Source of the DNA: Octopus sinensis
Lineage: Eukaryota
Direction: 5' to 3'
Length of the DNA stretch: 16,683 nucleotides
Assembly: GCF_006345805.1 (NCBI RefSeq)
Contig: NW_021825091.1
Span: 1 to 16,683 of the forward strand
How positions within the stretch are numbered: position 1 is the first letter of the stretch; every line of letters starts with the position of its first letter. The notes under the pieces are model-generated. The model was not told where the DNA came from, did not search any database, and was given only the letters and a program-made list of their open reading frames with translations. Made by a program: the position numbers and the translations under genes. Shown piece after piece: positions 1 to 10,358 of the stretch.

Positions 1-1385
1 GAGGTTAAATGGCATGTCTGACTCTGAGGGATAAAGCTGCATCCTTGAAATTAAAATATTTTCACCCCTCCCCCATCCTGTAACAATGATGGCCTCAGTC
101 AAGTGGGGCGTCAGGGACTTGATTACTAAGCAGGTCCTGTTGCGCTGTTTAGGCGGAAGCAAGTTTCTAATTAGCATAATTGGGCATCCAACCCTTAGCC
201 TAAGAATGTGAGTGGAAGCCATGATGGCTCCAATGAGGTGAGAAACTCGATAGGGTAATTTGCAATGTCTTGGGGGTCAGAGATCTGGTCAATTGATTTG
301 TAGATGCACTCCTCACCTGGAATTCGGCTTATTGCTGGTCCTTGATAGCCCTGACAGCTACGTTTTTGGGGGCCAGGATGGTTCTTTCACTGAGCCAATT
401 GATGTCTGCATAATTACTTTCCAGATTGGGGAACACTGTTTCCGAAAGATCAGAAGGGTTGTCCACAGTGTTGCACAGTTCAGAGATGGATATGTTACCC
501 CTATAATTCCTTGGGAACTTGCCTTCTCCAAGGGTTAAAATGACTTCAGCAAATGCTGCAGACGTGCTATCACCAAGCAAGTGTGCACACATGTTTGTGC
601 TTAGGCTTAAGGTCTTAACCTGGAGCCACAACGTCGATGACTTAAGGCATGCACGCACTTCGTCAGCCTGGCTCCCTTTAGGGATGACAGGAAGTGTTTG
701 CCAGAAATCTCCTGAAAGCAATAGAGTTACACCACTCATAGAAGCTGTAGAATCCCTAATACCTTTCAGTGACCGGTCCAGTGCCTCAAGGGCACCCTTA
801 CTTGTCATTGTGCATTCATCCCATACAATGAGATGGCACTAAGAACTTCAGCTTCCTCTGAAATTTTGCCAATCTTACAAGTAGGAACCTCGGCCCTCAC
901 CAAATGTAAAGGCAGCCTGAATGCCGAGAGCACCGTCCTACCTCCCGGCAATAACGTAGCAGCGATTCCCGAGGAAGCAACTGCTAGTGCAATTTGTTTC
1001 TTGCAATGAATATTATCAAGTATTAATTGTGTTACAAAGGATTTGCTGGTACCTCTAGCAGCACTGAGGAAAAAAATGCTGCCCACCTGTTTTTCAATGG
1101 CACTGACGACAGTTTCGTACATAGCCTCTGATTAGGCAGCAATTTCGGTCCATTTACTCTCAGGTACTCTGCAAGGCCATCAGCGTCATACAACAAGTCC
1201 AGATGTAACTTTGGTGGGAGTGTGTTAACGCCCTGTCGCAATGAGGATGGCAAACCGAATGTGTTCAACGCTGCCCCACCCATTCTGAGCAGGGCATCCT
1301 TGATTTCAATCAGCGCATTATTGTAGATCAGGTCATTGTATCCAATGTCAGCATTAGGGCACTGTTGCTTTGCCAGTCATCATTT
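1..1385 (-). mobile_element. Helitron RepHel remnant: degenerate PIF1-family (SF1B) helicase region, frameshifted, continuing past the left edge
   Basis: Successive minus-strand frames give collinear Helitron helicase motifs: DLIYNNALIEIKDALLRMGG..FGLP (~1250-1350); decayed Walker A FFLSAARGTSKSF then VASSGIAATLLPGGRT (805-1122); ALEALDRSL..GVTLLLSGDFWQTLPVIP..ADEVRACLKSS.LW and ILAPKN (329-808); NYPIEFLTSLEP; VGCPIMLIRNLLPPKQRNRT..ISRMQLYPSESDMPF (1-195). Multiple frameshifts and substitutions indicate a dead copy. Confidence 0.93.
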
Positions 1386-1462
1386 GCCTTGACCACCAAG
1401 AAAGCAAAATTACATACAGAGAATTTCATAAACAGAAATGAATGGAAAAAGGTTTTGAATTA

Positions 1463-1835
1463 AATTTTTAGATTAACACTTGCACAATTTTCACTAAGTA
1501 AAAAAAATTGGATTTTTGCTTGGAATCAACTACCATGGCCACCTAATATGCTACAAAACCCTTTTTGTGGTCCAAAAAACAGGGTGTGGTGTGGTGGAAG
1601 CTTCTGAAATTTCACACCCCTTACCCATTGATCTTTTCACCATCTATTTTTCAATGTACGTGGAAAAACACGGAGATTAAGAATATGGAAAACATTTTTT
1701 TTTTACTCTCAAATTTACCATGAAACACTCCAGGCAAATTTTTAGATAAAGCTCACACAATTTTCACTAAGAAAAAAAATCGGATTTTTTGCATGAAATC
1801 AACTACCCTGGCCTCCTAATATGCTACAAATACCC
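1463..1835. repeat. Pair of ~100-bp imperfect direct repeats (~1463-1561 and ~1737-1835)
   Basis: Both copies read AATTTTTAGAT..CACAATTTTCACTAAG(T)AAAAAAAAT(T/C)GGATTTTT..GAATCAACTACC(A/C)TGGCC(A/T)CCTAATATGCTACAAA..ACCC, with spacing of about 274 bp. Confidence 0.85.
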
Positions 1836-1887
1836 ATTTATATTGCATAATTCATTGAATCATTGATACCTAACCCTTTGTTTCCGT

Positions 1888-1920
1888 CATCATCATCATC
1901 ACCGTCATCATCATCATCAT
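1888..1920. repeat. (CAT)n microsatellite, probable 3' tail of the RTE LINE ((ATG)n on the element strand)
   Basis: Two CATCATCAT runs separated by CACCGT, directly abutting the distal end of the RTE 3' UTR. Confidence 0.85.
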
Positions 1921-2969
1921 TGTTCAACGTCCGTTTTCCATGCTAGCATGGGTTGGACGGTTCGACTGGGGTCTGAGAAACCAGGCGGCTGCACCAGGCT
2001 CCAGTCTGATCTGGCAGTGTTTCTACAGCTAGATGCCCTTCCTAACACCAACAACTCCGTGAATGTAGTGGGTGCTTTTTATGTGCCACCGGCACAGGCA
2101 CCAGGCGAGGCTGGCAATGGCCACGATCAGCTGGTGCTTTTTATGTGCCACCGGCACGGAAGCCAGTCAATGCGGCGCTGGCATCGGCCACGTTCGGATG
2201 GTGCTTTTTACGTGACACCAGCACAGGTATCACAACTACAATTTCCATTTGATTTTTATTTCATATTGATGTACTTGACTCAATAGGTCTCGTCAAGCAC
2301 AGTAGGCCACACTACAAGATAAGCACAACAGGCCATCCTGTGATCCAAGGTACTTTGGATGGGCTGGGGCTGCTACGTGAAGCTGGTGCAGGAGACAGCC
2401 ATGAACTCACATTATTTGTCGGGTTTTCACAGTCACAGCATACCTCCAGAGTTCTTGGTATTTCGTCATTGCCTCTGTGAGGCCCAACATTCGAAGGTCA
2501 TGCTTGACCACCACATCCCATGTATTCCTAGGTCTACCTATACCCTGGATTCCTTCAACTGTTTGGGAGTGGCATTTCTTCACACATCTCTCCTCATCCA
2601 TCTGTAGTACATGACCATACCAGTGCAAATGTCTCTTTTGCACGCCACATCCAATGCTTCTTATGTCCAGTATTTCTCTCAGGACACTTACACTCTGTCA
2701 TGTGTGCACACTAACATTACACATCCAGCGGATCATGCTAGCTTCATTTCTTTCAAGCCTATGCATGTCCTCTGCAGTCACAGCCTATGTTTCACTACCG
2801 TGAAGCATTGTAGTTCACACACATGTGTCGTACAATCTACCATTCACTCTGAGCGAGAGACCCTTTGTCACTAGTAGGGGTAGAAGCTTTCTGAACTTTG
2901 CCCAGGCTATTTGTATTCTAGTGGTGACGCTCTATGAGAATCCACCTCCACTACTAACTTGGTCACCTA
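1888..2969 (-). mobile_element. 5'-truncated RTE-clade LINE: C-terminal part of the ORF, 3' UTR and short-repeat tail
   Basis: Minus-strand translation across stops: GDQVSSGGG..TRIQIAWAKFRKLLPLLVTKGLSLRVNGRLYDTCV..MLHGSET..LERNEASMIRWMC, then RHLHWYGHVLQM..GRPRNTWDVVVKHDL..LWR (2407-2643). The LRWYGHV / GRPR.TW / W motifs are characteristic of the RTE C-terminus. It is followed by ~500 bp of UTR and a trinucleotide tail. Confidence 0.9.
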
Positions 2970-3382
2970 TGTATGTATGTATGTGAGTATGTGTTTATGT
3001 ATGTATGTATATATGTTTTATATATGTATGTGAGTTTGTATGTATGTGTTTCTATGCATGCATGTGCGTATGTGTGTATGTAAGTATGTGTGTATGTGTG
3101 TTGACTATGTATTTATGTGTGTATGTATGCAAGTATGTTTTATATATGTAAGTGCGAATATATGTATGTATATGTGTATATATGTATGTGTATATATATG
3201 TATATGTATGTATTTATATCTGTATATGTACATGTATTTGTGTATGTATGAATGTATGTATGCATAAGTGTGTGTGTATGTACGTATGTATGCACGTGTA
3301 TATGTATGTGTGTATATATGTTTGTATGTATATATGTATGTATGTGGGTATGTGTGTACGTACTTATGTATGTATGTATGTG
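2968..3382. repeat. Degenerate (TATG)n/(TG)n/(TA)n simple-repeat tract
   Basis: Near-continuous purine/pyrimidine alternation built from TATG, TGTG and TATA. Confidence 0.97.
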
Positions 3383-3833
3383 CGAGGGGTAGTCAAAAAC
3401 TAATGCCATTTTGTTTAGGAAAGGTATAATTACCAACACAGGAACATGTATCATTCATCAAAATGAATCTTGGCCCCAGTGGATCACATCCCCACTCTTT
3501 AATATAGTTACCGTTTCTCTGAAAAGCAATGTTCCTTCTTCGAATGAGAGCATGTATTCCTGCCCTTTAAAATTCTGTTGAATGTTCTTTGAGCCACTTC
3601 TTCACCACATTACTTACTTCCTCGTCACTGGTATAATGTTTGCCTCTCAAACCCTCTTTTGTTGCGCCGAAGAGATTATAGTCTGAAGTGCTAAATCTGA
3701 TTTGTGTGGAGGTAATGAAGAAATGGCTCAAAGAACACTCAACGGAATTTCACGGGCGGGGATACATGCAGTCATTCGAAGGTAGACCATTGCTTTTGAG
3801 GACCAGATTCATTTTGATGTATGATACATGTTC
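3383..3833 (-). mobile_element. Mariner (DD34D-type) transposon 3'-end remnant with terminal repeat, plus an inverted second copy of the same 3' end
   Basis: Minus strand 3697->3480 reads DLA.SDYNLFGATKEGLRGKHYTSDEEVSNVVKKWLKEHSTEF*RAGIHALIRRRNIAFQRNGNYI, matching the mariner C-terminus after the YSPDLAPSD motif. The terminus TG|CGAGGGGTAGTCAAAAA resembles a mariner TA|CGAGGG TIR end. Plus strand 3718-3833 repeats KKWLKEHSTEF and the downstream GATTCATTTTGAT.TATGATACATGTTC. Confidence 0.88.
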
Positions 3834-4381
3834 ATGGACGGCCATCTGTCTGTCTGTATGTCTTTAAGTATGTATGTATGCATGTCGCTCTTGAGTACTA
3901 CTGGGAACATGTAACCCAGTACAACATGATTCATGATCGTGCCGTCGGCGATTAAAATGGAAACCCCACCAGGCTTGCTTGGTGACGAGGATGTTGTTGG
4001 ACACTCTGCTGGATGCAAAATAAGACTCGTGAAATGGCGCATGTACTCCTGAACTGTCAATTTCTTTATTAACCATATAAGGTTAAGAAAATGGGGTGAT
4101 GATGCAAGGAGAGACAAAACAAATATTGGGGTGAAGGTATCGAATGATCCCCTGACGAACGTATGAAGTTTGCAAATCCAACGGAGGCCTCAAGCGACAT
4201 TTTAAGACCTAGAAACAGCAGAATTTATCTGCAGGTCTTGGTGGCCCAAATTTGAGGAGCAATCTATGTGGGTGTCTTTTCAGAATATTCTTTCGTTTGA
4301 AAAGCTACATCAGGAACCATAATGGTGCTAAGGTGTCGGTAAGAAGGTGGTCAAACTCTGTATAAGGTGTAGACAACCACC

Positions 4382-4416
4382 ATGTATGTATGTATGTATG
4401 TATGTATGTATGTATG

Positions 4417-4447
<31 letters not shown>

Positions 4448-4940
4448 ATATGTATGCATGTATGTATGTATGTATGTATGTATGTATGTATGTATGTATG
4501 TATATATGTATGCATGTATGCATAATTGAATGTATATATGAATGTATGTATGTATGAATTTATGTACATACACAAATAGATATATATACACATATATATA
4601 TATGCACACAGATATTTATATACGGACACGTATAGATATATATACACAAACGTGCATACATAAGTACATTCACACGTACATACATACACACATGTATGTA
4701 TGTTTGTATGTATGTATGTGTGTATGTTTGTATGTATGTATGTGTGTATGTTTGTATGTATGTATGTGTGTATGTTTGTATGTGTGTATGTATGTGTGTA
4801 TGTTTGTATGTGTGTATGTATGTCTGTATGTATGTATATGAGTATGTGTGTATGTATGTATGTATATATGTTTTATGTATGTATGTAAGAATGTCTGTAT
4901 GTCTGTATGTATGTGTGTCTATGCATGTATGTGTGTATAG
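4382..4940. repeat. (TATG)n tract with an internal opposite-polarity (TACA) block at ~4560-4692 and a 24-bp higher-order repeat at ~4701-4800
   Basis: Long pure TATG runs at 4382-4520. TGTTTGTATGTATGTATGTGTGTA occurs three times (4701-4772), followed by a 28-bp variant. Confidence 0.95.
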
Positions 4941-5572
4941 GTGCATTTGATAAAATCGATTTGCCCGTTAAAGAACATTTGAAATGGAGTCCAGCAGATT
5001 GGACGAATGTGTTGTGGTCGGACGAATCAAAGTTCAACTTGATGGGCAGAGATGGCAGGAAGTATGTAAGAAGGCGTATAGTCGAAGAATTCCATCCAAA
5101 ATGCATCCAACCTTCAATTAGGCACTCTGGCGAAAGTGTGATGATGTAAGTGTGTATGTCGGGAAAAGACGTCAGTTCTATAATCCGAATGGATAGTAAG
5201 TCCTATCTAGAAATATTGAATAATACTATGCTTCCATACGCCCGAAAGCATTTAGACTTTCCATCATGACAACCACCCGAATGTCACCTCGTACCTACTC
5301 AGAAATTACATTATACCTAAGAGATTTCGGTTGATATAGTGACCAGCGTCGTCACCCGAGCTGAAACCCATCGAAAATCCTTGAGAATGGTTGGGTAGAA
5401 CTGTGAAAAGTATTAAGACAAAGAATAAGGACAAAAAGAAGGAGAATTTTTTAAAAACGTTATTAGCCGAAAGTGGGAAAAAATCTCCGCAACAGTGATA
5501 AATGATCTAAACATTTCTATGTTTCGCAGATGCAAAGCTGTATTAAGTAATTTTGGGTTCCCAAAATACTGA
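4941..5572 (+). mobile_element. Decayed Tc1-family (DD34E-type) transposase, catalytic region to stop codon
   Basis: KEHLKWSPADWTNVLWSDESKFNLMGRDGRKYVRRRIVEEFHPKCIQPSIRHSGESVM matches the Tc1 WSDESKF and K/RHGGGSVMVW region. Later frames give SPELKPIEN (SPDLNPIEN motif) and KWEKISATVINDLNISMFRRCKAVLSNFG..KY* ending at 5572. Numerous stops and frameshifts; the N-terminal DNA-binding part is absent. Confidence 0.9.
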
Positions 5573-6164
5573 CTCTGTGATTTTATTGCTTTTTAGGGAT
5601 TTCAGAATGAATTTTAAAAGCAAAACAACAACAAAATATGAAATGTTACCTGTTGACCTTAAGTTAAATGGTACTCTAATTTAGGATAATTATGATTTAT
5701 TTTTAATCTAAAATTAACATATTGATTTTACTCTGTAAAGCTGTATACCCTAATAAAGCTCGTAAGAGTTTCTTTATTTAGATATACAATAAATTCAAGA
5801 TTTACAAGTTGAATATATAAAAGAAATGTCGGTTGAACATTAGTAAATTAGGGTTCTTAAGTTCGATGACGCCACTGCAATTGTTTGGAAAATGTGGATT
5901 TAGTGTCAAAAGCGAAAGAAGGATGTAGAAAGAAAACAAAGGGAAACTGTGCTGCAGCTATATATAGATGAGAGAGTACTAAACAAGGATTGAGTGACGA
6001 AGAACACTTTAGTTGTGGAGTGGTCAAATTAGAGGAAGTCGTATAGATTCTCACGCAGCCAGTTCTAAAGAGTGTTTGAGGATATTAGGAATGAATTAGG
6101 AGATAAAATGTTGGAAATCGCAATTCCATGACTCAAACAATTGAAAAGAACATAAATATGTGAC

Positions 6165-7909
6165 TGTATAAACGTATATGTGTGTATGTATCTATATACG
6201 TATGTGAGTATGTATGTATGTATATACGTATGCGTGTTGGTGTCTAAGTATGCTTGTATGTTTGTGAGTATGAACCTATGTATGTATGGATTTACGTGTG
6301 TAGGTATGTGTGTTAGTATGTACTGTATGTATGTATGTACACATCCATGCATGTATATTTTGTATGCAACAAGTATGTGTGTAGGTTTGCAATGTATGCA
6401 TGCATGTATATATGTATGTGTGTATGTATATATATATGCTCGCATGCATGCATGTATCTTCGTATATGTGTATGTGTGTTTCTACGTGTGTATGTACGTC
6501 CGTATGCATGCATGTATGTGCGTGTACTGATGTATGTATTTATGTAAGTATGTATGTGTGTATGTGTACATATTCCATGCGTGTATGTATATAGGTAAAG
6601 ATGCATACTTGCATGTAGGTGCCTATGTATGCACGTATGTATGCATCTACGTGCATATGTATGTGTGTATGTATGTATGCATGTATGTACATGTATATGC
6701 GTGTACGTATGTATGTATATATGTATGATTGTGTTTATGCATGCATGTTTATATGTATGGTTTTATGTATGTGTCTATGTATCTGCGTACGTATGTCTGT
6801 GTGTATATATTTATGTATGTATGCATGTGTGTATGTACTTATTTGTCTATATATGTATATGCGTGTGTATCATTGTATGTATGTGTGCAGCATGAATATG
6901 TGTATGTAAGTGTGTATGTATGTGCGTATTATGTGTATGTGTATGTATGTAAGTGTGTATATGTGTATTTAAGTAAGTGTGTATGTGTGTATTTTTGAGT
7001 GTTCGTGTATATATGTGTGTATGTATCTGTGTAATTATGCATGTGTGTATGTGTATAAATGTGCATATTGATTTGCAGGTGTATGTAAGTATATGTGAAT
7101 GTATATATGGGTGCATGCGTGTATATGTGTGTGCATGCGTGTATATGTGTGTGCGTGTATATTATGTGTTTAAGTTCACAAGTTTGTCTGTCTGCATACA
7201 TGTGTACGCATAAATACATACATACACACATACATATATACATACATAAATATATACAAAGATACAAAAACGCATACATACATACATATGAATGTGGATA
7301 TGTATGTATTTATGTATGGATGCGTGTATGTTTGTGTGTATGTGCATGTCTATGTGTGTTTGTACGTATGTGATTAAGTATGGAATTATGTAAACACATG
7401 TGTATGTATATGTATGTTTATATGTGTGTATGCATGTGTGTATGTATGTATTTAGGTATGCGCATTTGTATGTCTGTATGAATGTATGTGTGTGTATGTG
7501 CGAATGTGGGTGTATGTAAGTATGTGTGTAATATTGTATGTGTGTGTGTATATCAGTGTGCATGTGTGTATGAATGTATGCGTGTAAGTGTGTATATATG
7601 TGTGTAAGTATGTGTGTATGTATGTGACTCTATGTGTGTGTATGTATGTATGTACGGATGTGTATATGTCTGTGGGCATATGTGTATGTATGTATGTGTG
7701 TATAATGTTTGTGTGTGTCTATGTGTGTTAAATACATACTTACATATATACATACCTAATACAATCATACGCAGATACACATATACATACATATTCATAT
7801 ACATGCATTCATGCACACATACACACATACATAGATATCCAAACACTCAAATACATGCACACATATATGTACGTGAATATGTACGTATATGTGCAAACAT
7901 GTGTGCATG

Positions 7910-7942
<33 letters not shown>

Positions 7943-8250
7943 ATGTTTTTATGTATGTTTTTATATAGGTATGCATGAATGTATGTGCTTATTTTGTATG
8001 CATGTTTGTGCGTATGAGTGTATGTGTATATTAGTGTATGTATGCATGTTATATGTATGTGTATATGTATATACCTATATATGGGTATGTGTATGAATGT
8101 GTGTATGTATGTATGTATGTATGTATGAATATGTGTATGTTTGTATGTGTGTATGTATGTGTGCATGTATATATGTATGTATGTGTGTATGCATGTATTT
8201 ATATAAGCATGTGTATGTGTATATATGTGTCTGTGTGTGTATTTGTTGTG
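6165..8250. repeat. Long degenerate TATG/TGTG/TGCA simple-repeat tract with polarity-inverted blocks (~7205-7290 and ~7730-7870)
   Basis: Continuous RY alternation. The CATA/TACA-rich blocks are the reverse-complement style of their surroundings. A (TA)n run lies at ~7910-7935. Confidence 0.95.
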
Positions 8251-8512
8251 CCTTTGTTAGGGCATCCTTCTAGGAGAAGGTAACTCAGGTAACTGGGATA
8301 AGTCCGACATAAAACCTGCGGCTCAGTGGTTACCGATGATGTTCACTTGTTCTTCTTTTCGGATTATGGCTGCTGTCGCTTAGTGAGTGGGATTGACTCA
8401 GTGCACAGCCTTTCCTTACTTTAAAAAAACGTCTTGCACAGGCATTGCACGATAACAACATTGATTAAGCTTTTGCGCAATGGCCATACTCGATAACGAG
8501 GGGGCAGCCACA
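8250..8512. mobile_element. Unassigned ~260-bp complex island, possibly a short interspersed repeat or LINE UTR fragment
   Basis: Normal-complexity sequence sharply bounded by TATG tracts, with no convincing ORF. CTAGGAGAAGGTAACTC resembles, from memory only, RTE-type 5' UTR sequence. Confidence 0.35.
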
Positions 8513-9052
8513 ATGTATGTATGTGCGTATGCTTGTGGGTATGTATGAATGTTTGTACATACATACACACATGCATAGATACACGCATACATTTATACAT
8601 ATGTACACATACATATGTACGTAAACAAATACACACATGCACACATGTATATATGTATGTATGTGTGTATGTATGCACGTATGTATGTATGCATGTGTGT
8701 GTATATATATGTATGTATACATGAATGAAGGTGTGAATGTGTGTGAATGTGTATATATGTGTGCATGAATTTGTGTATGTATGGAGGTATGCTTGCATGT
8801 ATGTATGCATTCATCTATGTCTGTATGAATCTATGACTGTATCTATGTATGTGTGTATATATATATATATATAATATATATATATATGTATGCATGTATG
8901 TATCTATGTATGTATACGTGTATCTGTTTAAGTATGTATTCTTGTATGTATGAATGTATGTGGGTATGTGTATTTGAATAAATGTATGTACGTATGTACG
9001 TATGTATGTATGTATGTATCTGTTTGTGTGTATGTATGTATGTATGTGAGTA
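8513..9052. repeat. Degenerate (TATG)n tract with an inverted-polarity block (~8555-8645) and (TA)n at ~8857-8886
   Basis: Direct reading of the sequence. Confidence 0.95.
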
Positions 9053-10358
9053 TCTGTACAAAGCTGTAAGAACCAATTCTGAATGCCCAACATACTGACC
9101 GTGCGATATTATTGCTTTTTGTTGATCAGATATGCTCGGAGAGTGGAGATGTGTGTGCAGTAGGTGTTCGACATAAACCAACCGGTCAGCAATATTCGGG
9201 CACTGGACTAGGGCGTGCAGAACAGTTTCACCTTTCTGGGCGCACCTCACGTGGGCCCGGGTGAAGGCATTTCCGTGCCTATAAAATTCATCCCAAACAG
9301 TCAGCGCCCCTCGGTAGCACTGTCAGGCAAGGGATTTCTTGAAGTTATCCATAGGCCCAGGCCCGAAAGTGCTGTGAAATAGATCGGTTAGTTGATCTTC
9401 ATCGACATCCAAAGTTTCCCTGAGGACGTCGTCGCACTTTCCCTTCATTAGCACTCTTTAGAACACTAGAGTGGAAGTATTACCGACCGTATTGCCCGCA
9501 TGGTGGAGGACTGTCAGTGCTTGACGGCACTCAAGGTGCCAAGCGCCCTTCTTCGGACTACGCCCAGTCAGGATTGCCGCTCAGTCAAAAAGACGAGCTG
9601 TGGAAAAGTGCCCCTTACAAACGGTGATCACACCTGCTCACCGTCAAGGAAAGGCTGGAGATGACGCAACCTCAGCGCACGTCTGCGCATCAGTAACCAG
9701 GGCATGCCCAGTCCTCCACTCAGCAGTTATTGACATCAGATAGAGCGCCTGACCAGTGGAACGGGCATCTGCCACAGAAAACGGAAGAATAAACGCACAA
9801 GCTTGGTCAACCAGGAAACGGGACAAGGGACGACAGTCAAGCGGTAGGAGATGACAGGTGCCATGTACGCGTTCGTCACCTCCGCCCAATCTTTCAGGTA
9901 CAGCTTCCTCTTGGTCTATTTCCGGGTGAGTTTGGCTACCCTTTTCGTCACTTCTTCCCAGTTCTTCCCCACTCGGATGTCCGGACCAAACCAGACTCCG
10001 AGCAACTTGTTGGGACCGTCTGTCCAGCGCAGCATGACGCTGTTGGACCGCATGGCCTTGCCTCTCCATGTGCCGAGCTGCAAGTCCGCTGACTTTTCCG
10101 GGTTAATCTTTGCTCCTGTTATCGCTTCATATTCCTGTAGTGTTTCGACTGTCAGGTCTACATGCCTGTGGCTCGACACTACGACGGGGACATCATCAGC
10201 GTAAGCAGATACATTTCTCTCACATACTAGATCACGCGAGACACCCATTAACCCCCCCCCCAGCTTCCGCAGTAAATGACTCAAGAGTCAGTACATACAG
10301 AAGGGAGGAGAGAGAGCACCCTTGACGGACGGAACGCAAGATGCTGAATGGCTCAGAC
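9053..10358 (-). mobile_element. L1/Tx1-clade non-LTR retrotransposon ORF2 remnant (RT core to C-terminal zinc knuckle), 5'-truncated and frameshifted
   Basis: Minus strand: LSEPFSILRSVRQGCSLSSLLYVLTLE (the RQGCPLSPLL motif), SAYADDV, GAKINPEKS, LLGVWFGP (9916-10358); later QCYRGAL.V.D..YRHG and RCAQKGETVLHALVQCP (C-x8-H-x4-C, the partial CCHC knuckle typical of L1/Tx1 ORF2, ~9190-9250). Confidence 0.9.

Noticed and set aside
1-1385. Cellular PIF1 helicase gene
   Set aside because: It is intronless and multiply frameshifted with a decayed Walker A, and the upstream IYNNALIEI..GG..FGLP segment is typical of Helitron RepHel.
1948-2286. 112-aa plus-strand ORF as a host gene
   Set aside because: It lies antisense within the RTE 3' UTR and spans its internal repeats; no recognisable domain.
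5573-5747. Tc1 right TIR ending at CTG|TA (5741-5745)
   Set aside because: The position is plausible, but the left TIR is absent, so it cannot be verified from this window.
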